Shown here piece by piece: positions 15,039 to 25,200 of a DNA stretch of 64,000 bases (position 1 is the stretch's first letter; each line of letters opens with the position of its first letter). The position numbers and the translations under genes were made by a program. The notes below the pieces were generated by a model. That model was not told where the DNA came from and did not search any database. It saw only the letters and a program-made list of their open reading frames with translations. Location of the stretch: the NCBI GenBank assembly GCA_002104945.1, contig MCFH01000016.1, positions 812,199 to 876,198 on the forward strand. The letters are read 5' to 3'. The DNA is from Piromyces finnis finn. Lineage: Eukaryota; Fungi; Neocallimastigomycota.

Positions 15039-18000
15039 TTAAATTAATTTATTAGGTTTTGTATTTTCAGTTTTTTTTATAACTTCTAATGAAGTAGGTA
15101 ATGATTTTCTATTTGGTTTTATTCCAATATTAGTTTTACATTTTTTCGATAAGAACGATGTTGAAATAGATGATTTTCTTTTACGGCGGTTATTGGAAGA
15201 AATTGCACTTGACGGTGATACAATTGTTGAATTATTTGCAATTGGTATATTAGAAGGAGAAAGAGTTGCTGTTTTAAATGTAGTTGTTTTCTTAACATTA
15301 TTGCCTGAAGATGGTGATACCAATAATTTTGGACTTTTCAATATACTGTTAATGAATAATTATATAATTATTATTTTTGAAAAAATAAAATAAAATTAAA
15401 GCAATTAATTAAATATAAATAAAATAATTATTTTTTATATTTAGTAGAAGTTGTGTATATTAATTTTACCTTTTTTCTCCTTTCTCTGGTTTTAGTTTTT
15501 TTTTATCAACATTAATTATCCTTCTCTTAGGTCTATAAGTAATTTGATTATTAATATGAAACATAGCTTCATTAAATACTCTATTTTCAATTTCATTCTC
15601 TAAAATATCAAAGTAGATTTGACCTTCATAACAAAAATCATTAAATTCTTTATATTTGTTTATATTAATAAATGAATTTTTATAGTTTTTATTAGAGGAA
15701 TAATGGTTAGATACTTATAATAATACATTTATAAACATCTACAAGTGTATAATTACCTTCATTCATTAAATAATCTTTTAATTTTTCCTCTAAACGAACA
15801 AGAGTTGGAAATGAATTTTTTCTAAATTTTTCTTCTTCTATTAACCTAAATGAACTACCCTTTAATCTCATTGGGTCTGATGCAGTTTCTTCAAATTTTA
15901 TCATTTTCTTTTATAAAGTATTTATAAATTTTAATGAATAATAAAGGAAAATAAAATAAAGGAAAATGGTGCTATTTAAATATATATAATTATTAATATA
16001 TTCGTATTATTACCTCTATTAAAGTATAACGTTCATCAATTAATTGATATATTACTTTATATTTTTCATAATGATTTGATAATCTCTCGATTTCGTTATT
16101 GATAAATTCTAATGAACTTGGAAGATATAAATCTTTTATATAATTTAAGTCAGCATAAATAAATAAATAGCTTATTTAAATTGATATATATGAATATATA
16201 ACATACTTGTCAAATTGCTATTTATTTCATCAATTTCTTCCTTACTAAGACAACATTTATTCATTAATTGTTTTAATTTATTATAAGCCTTAAAATAGTA
16301 AAAATTAATTATTTATACTCTCTTTTTCATATATATATTATTAATGTTATTATAGTTTCTTTTTTTTTTTTTTTTTAGAAAATCCTTACATTATCAACTT
16401 TTTCTTTTTGAGTATCTTGCCATATTTTTGAAAGATTTTTTAGTTCCTCTTCATACTTAATAAAATATAAATAATATTATTAATAATATGATAATATGAA
16501 TTAAAACTATCTCTATTACCATTTATATCGAAAATTAGAAATAATATAAAAGTAAAAGAAAGGAAAAAAAAATACAATACTTACAATTGGAATGTTTTCT
16601 AATTTATCTACTTCTAGTTTTAATCGTTTTGACTTTTCAATTTTTAAATCATCATATAAAATTCCAATATTTTTTAAAATAATTTCAATTTGTTTTATGT
16701 AATAATTCAATTTATCTTCCATTAAATCTTTAACATCATTTAAATATTGAATAAATTCAGTTGTTAATTTTATTTGTTTAGGTAATTTTCCTTTAAAGTA
16801 ATTTAGATGATTAACGACAGCTGTTGAAATTGATTTAGGTATATTAAGAGTTTTGGTATCATCATTATTGTTGTCGTCATCATTAATAACTTGAATAGCA
16901 TCGCCATTGTAATTTGATTCTTTCAGAGTATAAATAATGTCGGGTTTTGTATTTATTGTTTCGGCAGTCGATATTTTCTCTATTTTGATATTGGTTTCAT
17001 TAAAATAATTCTCTATGATATCATCAATTATACTTTTTAAAGATATATTTTTGGATTGAGATGAATATATAATACTTTGATTTAATTTAAGTTCATTTAT
17101 TTTATTTAAAAATAATTTAATAGCTAAAGATATATCTTCATTTGACAAGGCGCCATCTATATGCCTAAATTTCAATGAATCTATATTTTCCTGGAAAAAA
17201 GTTGAATATTTTAATTTCTCTTTTAATAAATAATAATCCCGAGTTTTGAAAATAAAATTATTAATATTTTTTGTCTAACAATAAAAGTGGCAATAAAAAA
17301 AAAAAAGATAGTTAATATTTATATATTATATAATTTAAATTTAATAAATAATTACATTACCTGTTGAATTTTCAATTGAGTAATATTGGTTTTAAGGGAA
17401 TTAATATATTCGATAGATAAATCGCTAAATTTAATCTATATCATTTATAAGTAAAATAATAATTAAGATATAATTGTTAATAAGCATATGCATTTAAATA
17501 GATATAGATATCATATGATTTTCTATTATATTACATCTTCATCAATGTTGGCTAGTTCACCTAATTCTAAATAAATTGAATTTATATTTTTTTTCAATTC
17601 TTTTATAATTGATTTTCTTTCAGATACCATCTATTATTTAATAAATAATATGTTTTTAATTATTGTTATTATTATTGTTATTATTATTGTTGTTGTTTTT
17701 TAAGTAATAAAAATAAGTGTTTATTATTAAATAAAATAAACTTACATGATTTAATTTTAATTCTAAATCTTGCAATTTCTTTTTTTTATCAATAAGTGAT
17801 TCTAAATTTGTTATCTCTTCTAAATTTTTATAATTTTCCTTATCAAGTGATAGTATTTCACAAAGATATTTTACTGAAGACTTTTTTTTTTTTTTTTTTG
17901 ATAATTTGATTAAAATAATAATTTATTAATAATATAAATAATATCATTTAAAATATAATATATATTTTAAAAAAAAAAATGGATAAAGTACTATAATTCC

Positions 18001-18356
18001 TTGTATTTGCTTTATTATTTTATCTTTAAATTGATTTTCATTTTTGATAATTTCTACAAGTTGTTCACTTATACTCTATATTTTAGTAAATTTTTCATTT
18101 GGAATAGATGAATAAAAAAAAAAAAAGGTATAATTGAATAATTATAAACTTTATTATTATATTTAATATATATATTAAATAATTAATTAATTACTTTTAA
18201 CTTTTTTATAGCTTCAGGTCCTGATAATATTTCCTCCTCTGTTTCCTCCTCTGAATTTTCTTCTACCGAAGTTAAACTTGATTTTTTAGTATCATAATGC
18301 TTTAATTGTTTCCATAATAATTTAATTTCATCAAGCTGTTCATATATTTTATTCAT
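15039..18356 (-). CDS. ASE1: Multi-exon Ase1/PRC1/MAP65-family antiparallel microtubule bundling protein (start codon and some exon limits uncertain)
   Basis: Exon 15707-15904 encodes MIKFEETASDPMRLKGSSFRLIEEEKFRKNSFPTLVRLEEKL, the conserved MAP65/Ase1 motif. Upstream exons are coiled-coil; the C-terminal exon is basic with several SP sites. Confidence 0.8.
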
Positions 18357-19005
18357 TTTTTCATGGTTACTTTTTGTTTTTCCTTGTTTCTTTTATAATT
18401 TTTTAATATTTACTTGAATAGTTTCTTTAAATATGAATAATAAATGTTAAAATGGATAATTTTTATTTAATTTTAATAATATAAATCTATTCTTATGAAT
18501 AAAGACATAAAAAAAATATTAAAAAGTGTATTAACTTTGTAAAATTTTAAATAATGAAATTGTGGTACAATGAAACAAATTTTTTGAAAATATTAATAGA
18601 TATACTTTTTAATTTTTTTGTAAGAATTAATTTAAATATTTAAGGAATAATTAATTAAAATTTATATAAAAAAATAAAGTTACCATAAAAAAAAAAATAA
18701 AGAAAAAAAAAAAAAGAAAAGAAAAAAAGGGAAAGGAAAGGGAAGAAACAAAAGAAAAAGAAAAAAGAAAATAAATATTTGTAATTAACAATTAATTATT
18801 GTGTTTTTTTTTTTCATTAAAGGTACAATATCAATTCTTTCATGTATTAATTATTATAAAATTTGAATGACATTTCATTTTAATTCAAAAAATAGTAAAA
18901 GAATTTTTCAGATTTCAATACATTCTAAAATTTATCTATAAAAATAATTTAATGATATAATCTTGGAATAATTATTAATTATTATTTAATATTAGTTTAG
19001 TCAAA

Positions 19006-19039
<34 letters not shown>

Positions 19040-19221
19040 AAGAAACAAAATTTTAAAAATATTAAAACATTTATTTTTATTAAATTTGTTTTAGTAGTGG
19101 GTCTATTACTTGAAGATTTATGAAGATTTCGTTATTTGAATAACTTATCAATTAAAAAAAAAAAATAAAATAAAATAAAAAGTATATAATAAAAATAAAG
19201 TATAATAAAAACAAAAATAAT

Positions 19222-20878
19222 ATGGATGAAGAAGAAAAAGCAAGAAGAGTTCAAGAACTTTATCGTGAAGCATTAGACCTTGCAGAACAAGGTAAATTTT
19301 AATATTTTTATTCTACAACAAAAAAGAAAAGCGCGGATTTTGATTAAAATTTAAAAATATTATATAGATAATAAATTTCATTAAAAATAATAAATATTTA
19401 TATATTTTATTCAAATACATTTATGATTATAGTATTTAAATTTTTTTTTTTTTTTTTTTTTTTATTTTTTTTTTCCAATATGAGTATTGAAATATCTTAC
19501 ATTTATTTTCGTTTTTTTTTTTGAATTAAATATTAGCTGTCTTAGCAGATAAACAGAAACAATATGATGTAGCTATTTGTTTATACAATGAGGCTGCAAA
19601 AGTAACATTAACATTATTTTTTTAATTTCTCTATAATATACTAATATATAAAAATAAATATATCGTTATAAAAAAAATAACAATAATTTTAATAATTATT
19701 AAAAAAAATATATATAGGTATTTAACCAAATTATCGATGAAGATTGTAATAAAATAAATAATTTATAAATTTGAAAATATACATATATATATAAAATTAA
19801 TTTTTAATTCTAATTATCTATGCTTTTAATTAATATATTAATTCCGATACTCGTCACTTTTTATATATAATTCTCTAATGAAAAAATTTTATATAAATTA
19901 CAATAATCAAATTTTTAATAAAATATAAAAATAATAATAATGATTTCATTACAATTAAATGTTTAATATTTTTGTTCAATATATAATATATAATATATAT
20001 TTCTATTTTAAATGGTATTCAACTTCAAAATCATTTTATTGTTATTTCAATAACTTTTTTCACTCTATTTGTAGTAGAAACTACGGATAAAATTATTCAA
20101 ATTCAACAGAAAGCCAATGAATATGTGACTAGAGCCTCCTTTTTAACCTCAAAAAATATGAATTACAATGAAAATAATTATATCAACCCTACAAATATTG
20201 AAGAACTTCCTTCATTGTATCATATTGTTGGATCTTTTGTTGAAAATAATAATAGAGGTAATAATAATTCTTCATTAGATGCAGGTTCCTCGAGATATAA
20301 CAATATTGGTTCTTCTAGCAATTACAATTATTCTGCTTATTATAATGATTATAGTATGATTAATAACTTTATATATATTTATATTATATATATATAAAGA
20401 AAAAATTATAGAATTTGAAAATTTAATACTTTATATAATAATACTTTACCGTATATATTCTTATTTATTTTAAAGGCATAAATAACAACAATAATGATAA
20501 TAATGATAATAATAATAATAATATCACTGAAAATATTTCCAGTTATAATAGCCAACCTTCATTAGTAACTAATATTAACACAGCAATAAATGAAAGCCCA
20601 TCAAATACAATAAATAAAATTTCACCTAATATATCTACACCTTCTTCAACCACCTCTACCATTAATTCAAATACATTTAATGTCAATGTTAACCAAACTA
20701 CAAACTCAAATACTCCTTCAATAAAATCCACAACTCCAACTTTTGTTACTTCTGCTACTATATCATCTACAAATAATCAAAGTTTATGTGCCAGCGAAGA
20801 ATTCAGTGATATGAAATATGTCATAGAAGTAAGTTTAGTATATTTATTTATTTCTATTACCAAATTTTTAAATATAGT

Positions 20879-20910
<32 letters not shown>

Positions 20911-21839
20911 TTATTATTATTATATTTAAAATAAATAATTTACAATTACATAAAAATAAATTTAAAATATATTTTTTTTCTAATATTTTTATAATAATTA
21001 ATATATATATATATTTCTTTTTCTTTTCTTTTTTTTTTTTTTTTTTTTTTAATAATTATGAAGGAAATGGGTACTTGGAATTCAGAAAATGCCGGTGGTA
21101 GTATATCAAATTATACTTTTTATAAAAATCCTCAATTTAAGTTGAATATATATCCTACCTTGGGAGAAAATGGTTTCCTTAAAGCTATAGCCAAAACAAA
21201 AAATAATTTACCTGTAAATATAAGATTAGTTGGTGGAGGCAACAGAGTATCAACGTATGTTTATAATTAACTATACTATATATACTATATATATATTATA
21301 TTTGAAATCATAATAATAAAACAATATTCATCTTGAATTAAAATATTATACAATGATTTTAAATAAATAATTAATTTTTTATTTTTTTTTCTGTATATAA
21401 TAAAAAAAATACTTTTTTGATTTTATAACAATTTATGGAACAGGGTATCAAAATCAGATATTACTTCTGGTGCTTATCGTCATGGACATTGTAGTTTTGA
21501 AATTCTCAGTATTGAACGTAAGAAGCTATTTATCTTTTCATTAACATTACTTAAAATATATATATATATTATATATCCATTCATTTTCAATACTTAAAAT
21601 ATTGATTGATTGATTGATTGATATGTTAATATTATAAATGTTTACATAGCTGGTGATTACACTATCATTATATCTACTTTTCATAAAAATGAAGAAGGCG
21701 AATTTTCATTAACTATAGGTTGTTCTATACCATTTTCATTAACGGCTATTCCACCAGAAGGAGATGTACGTTGTTGATAAATAAATTATTAATTCAATTA
21801 AATGATTATAAATAACCAATACATATCCTTTTGTATATT

Positions 21840-21934
<95 letters not shown>

Positions 21935-22157
21935 TAGGGAATGCTTGAAACTGTTATTGATGGACAATGGTATATATTTACTTCTTGATTTTCTTAAGAA
22001 AAAATAAAGATTTTTAAAATAAATTATTCATTGTATATTATTAAAAAAACAGGATACAAGGTGTTACTGCAATGGGATGTGTTCACTATAACAATTACTT
22101 TAAAAATCCAACCTACAAAATAACTGTCAATGAACCAACTTATATATTGTAAATAAT

Positions 22158-22191
<34 letters not shown>

Positions 22192-22645
22192 AAAATAATA
22201 TTATTATATTGATTATTATTAATACTTTATATATGTGTATACCTTTACAATAAAATAGAATAAGACTTCAAATACAAACCATGAAACCTCCAGGAATGCA
22301 TGTTGCTATATTTAAATTAAAAGAGGATGATACTCCAGATGCAGAAATTGCCTCTTCTGGAGCTTATAGTAATTTAATTCAAGGTGTACTTACCAATAAA
22401 ATTTTATTAATGCCCGAATCAGGTAAGCCATAATAAATAATAATAAAGAATTTAATTTATATTCACACCATCAGGATGACACATACCAATAATATATATA
22501 TATATAAATCTTTTTATTTTCCCAATTTTCGCTTAAAAAAGAATATATAATAATATTTAGTACTTGGGAACCTTCACCAGGACCATTTACTGCCTTTATC
22601 TACACCTCTAATATGATAGAAATTCAAGAAATTTGTCATAACTAA
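19222..22645 (+). CDS. Multi-exon protein: N-terminal MIT domain, Asn/Ser/Thr linker, two calpain domain-III (C2-like) repeats; calpain-7/PalB-like but with no protease core
   Basis: Spliced N-terminus MDEEEKARRVQELYREALDLAEQAVLADKQKQYDVAICLYNEAAKVFNQII...IQQKANEYVTRASFL is MIT-like. EMGTWNSENAGG..YKNPQFKL, TSGAYRHG, GDYTIIISTF, DGQW..VTAMGC..YFKNPTY, SSGAYS, YIIIFSTWEP are domain-III motifs. Confidence 0.8.
21841..21934. repeat. (TTTA)n microsatellite inside an intron of the MIT/calpain-III gene
   Basis: About 23 perfect units ending just before the AG acceptor at 21936-21937. Confidence 0.9.
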
Positions 22646-23304
22646 TATTTATATATCCTATTTAATGATAAAAGAAATATTGTAAATTTTTTTTCTGATA
22701 ACCTTCAGAAAATATTATAAATAAAAAAAAAAAACATTAAAAAAAAATAAAATAAAAATAATATTTTTAAAGATTAAATATAAATTATACATTTTTCAAA
22801 AAAAATTTTATATAAAAAAATTATAATAAAATACTTATATACACACTTTAACTTTATTTTTTGTTTTTATTTTTTTTTATTAATTATTTATTTTTTTTAA
22901 ATGTTTTTAAATAGAAATGCAAAAAATATAATGAAAATGAATTTAATTTAAAAAAAAAAAAAAAAAAACTGTATATACATAATAGTTTTTTTTTTTTTTT
23001 TGATTGATTGATTGATAAAAAGTTCTTTTAAAAAAAAAAAAAGTTACCCTTTTCAATTAAAATAAAATATATATAAAATTAAATATTTAAAAAATGTTTC
23101 TTTTTTTTTTTTGTGGAATTTATTTTTTTCGATTTTTAAGAGTTGATCCATTCTCTAATCAACCTTATTTTTTTTTATGCCATATTTTTCGAAAAAAATA
23201 TTATCCACACCACAAAGATTAAAAATTAAAATTTGTTTTTAGTAAAAGAAAAAATATTTATAACAAAACAAGCGAAAAAGATTTCCACTATTTGAAAATC
23301 TTTT

Positions 23305-24669
23305 TTAATTCAAGTTTTTGCTTTGTTCAGCAGCAATGGCAATTTTAAGAAATTCTGTAGTTTCAGTATTGGTATATAAAATCTTACTCTTTTTGAAACC
23401 GTTGAATTCAGAAGCAGCACTAATAGTGTAGGCACCCATTTCATCAAAATATAACCAATCACCAACATCTAATTCTGGTAATAAGGTATTTTTGCTTAAA
23501 CAATCAAGAGAATCACAAGTTGGGCCCCAAACACTACAATTGAATTCAGTTTCTCTAGTCTCACCATTGTCAAATAAAAATTGACCATTCTTACATAATG
23601 GCTTTGGACGAGGATGTTGATGATCAAACATAATACTGTTAAAACTACCGTAAATACCATCATTAATATAGTACATAAAAGATGGATGATCATCATTTCC
23701 AACAATACCATCATCAGATCCATCACGCTTAACAATACGACGAGCAATAATATTAGTAGCTATAGTGAAAGCAGAAGCAGAATAATAACGTCCTGGTTCA
23801 GCAATAACTCTAACATGTGCAGGGAAATACTTATCAACAGCAGTACGAAGAACTTCGCATACTTCCCCAAATGAAATGTTTTCATTATCGGATCCTGGGA
23901 AACCACCACCAACATCTAATAAAGTGAAATCAAAACCAAGTTCTTTACCAATATCAAAGACGTTGCGAGCAACGAGAACAGCATCCCTAAAAGAAGAGGA
24001 GGCAAAACAACCACTACCAACATGGAAACTAACACCAATAACATTAATACCTAATTCTCTTGCCTTTTCTAATAATTCACGAGCAGCAGATGGAGAGGCA
24101 CCAAATTTTGAACTAAACTTACAAAGAGAGTTTGAATCATCAATTAAAACTCTTAAAACCATCTTTGCAGATTTGTGATACTTCTTAACCTTATAGAGTT
24201 CATCAACATTATCAAAAGTCATCATTTCAATTCCCTTTTCTGAAGCAAAACGAATGTGGGAATTTTGTTTACATGGGTTGGCGTAAATGATCTTACTTGG
24301 TGGTACACCATAATTCAACATATTTTGCATTTCACCTCTACTAGCACAGTCAAAACCAGTTCCCATAGAAACCATAGTTTTTAAAAGTAATGGATCACCA
24401 CAACACTTGACTGCGTAGAATGGTTCAATTCTTGGTAAGTTACGAACCCATTTGATATGTTGACGAACAACTTGTCCAATATCACAAACAAAGAATGGAT
24501 CTTCATCTTCGTTTTCTAAAATGTGGTTCTTGATAACATCTTGAACTGAATGAGTGCATTTAAATAAATTAGCAAAAGCATTTTGTGATTTTACATCTTC
24601 ACTCTTAACAGAGGTTTGAGCATTAATAGAAGCAATTATTTCGTTAGCAATACCTGGATATTCCTTCAT
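23305..24669 (-). CDS. SPE1: Ornithine decarboxylase (fold III PLP enzyme), intronless CDS, 454 aa
   Basis: PFYAVKC (PLP lysine), GFDCAS, IIYANPCK, SKFGA, GVSFHVGS, LDVGGGFPG, IAEPGRYY, WGPTCDSLD (catalytic Cys present, so an enzyme rather than an antizyme inhibitor), MGAYT. Confidence 0.97.
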   Translation of the reverse strand: MKEYPGIANEIIASINAQTSVKSEDVKSQNAFANLFKCTHSVQDVIKNHILENEDEDPFFVCDIGQVVRQHIKWVRNLPRIEPFYAVKCCGDPLLLKTMVSMGTGFDCASRGEMQNMLNYGVPPSKIIYANPCKQNSHIRFASEKGIEMMTFDNVDELYKVKKYHKSAKMVLRVLIDDSNSLCKFSSKFGASPSAARELLEKARELGINVIGVSFHVGSGCFASSSFRDAVLVARNVFDIGKELGFDFTLLDVGGGFPGSDNENISFGEVCEVLRTAVDKYFPAHVRVIAEPGRYYSASAFTIATNIIARRIVKRDGSDDGIVGNDDHPSFMYYINDGIYGSFNSIMFDHQHPRPKPLCKNGQFLFDNGETRETEFNCSVWGPTCDSLDCLSKNTLLPELDVGDWLYFDEMGAYTISAASEFNGFKKSKILYTNTETTEFLKIAIAAEQSKNLN

Positions 24670-24900
24670 CTTGATAACTTGTCTTCTTAATAAAATATAT
24701 CTAAATTTTTGTTTTAAAGTTCGATTTGTATTATAATAGGTTTAATAAATTCCTTTATTTTCTCTTTTAAACAAAAAGTTTGAGAATAGGTTTTATTAAT
24801 TAATTAATTAATTGAAAATGTAGATCAGTATAAGTTTTTCTTTGCCGCGTGGTTGCAAAAGGCCTTTTTCTTTTTCTTTTGATACGACTTTATTCGAATC

Positions 24901-24993
24901 CTATGTTAAAGAAAAAAGAAAAAAAAAGGCTTTAAAAAAAAAAAAAAACGTTTGTTTTTTTTAGCTAATTTTTTAAAATAAAAATATTATTAC
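24901..24993 (-). other. Candidate 93-nt intron in the ODC 5' leader
   Basis: Minus strand AA|GTAATA ... long poly-T/pyrimidine tract ... TTTAACATAG|G, similar in size and composition to the other introns in the window. Confidence 0.5.
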
Positions 24994-25071
24994 TTAATAA
25001 TAATTATTGATTTTGGCAAAAAATCAGTATTGATTTTCTTTTATCGTTGATAATAATTTAAACTTCTTTAT

Positions 25072-25200
25072 TTAGTTCAAAACCCAGGGGGGGGCTGAAC
25101 AGTGAGTATTGAAATATAAGTATTTAACTTGACTAATTGTCGTGAAAGCCGTGATCGCTATAACCCTTCCTACTGTTTATAGAAGGGTTGGGTCAAAAAT
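25072..25200 (-). promoter_or_regulatory. Non-AUG upstream conserved coding region (uCC)-like uORF with PPW motif in the ODC leader
   Basis: Minus-strand frame: ATT TTT GAC CCA ACC CTT CTA TAA ACA GTA GGA AGG GTT ATA GCG ATC ACG GCT TTC ACG ACA ATT AGT CAA GTT AAA TAC TTA TAT TTC AAT ACT CAC TGT TCA GCC CCC CCC TGG GTT TTG AAC TAA = IFDPTLL*TVGRVIAITAFTTISQVKYLYFNTHCSAPPWVLN*. It is a GC-rich island, with no ATG on this strand between 24670 and 25374. Confidence 0.8.

Noticed and set aside
18354-18364. ATG AAA AAA TGA overlapping the presumed Ase1 start as a regulatory uORF
   Set aside because: The Ase1 frame is open and coding-like upstream with a possible acceptor near 18392, so the true start may be in an earlier exon
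13333-24669. METTL16 (SAM-related) and ODC (polyamine pathway) within ~10 kb as a metabolic cluster
   Set aside because: They are separated by unrelated genes (Ase1, calpain-like); no evidence beyond proximity
23305-24669. ODC homolog as a catalytically dead antizyme inhibitor
   Set aside because: The PLP lysine and catalytic TCD cysteine are intact; only a KCN->KCC variant was noted
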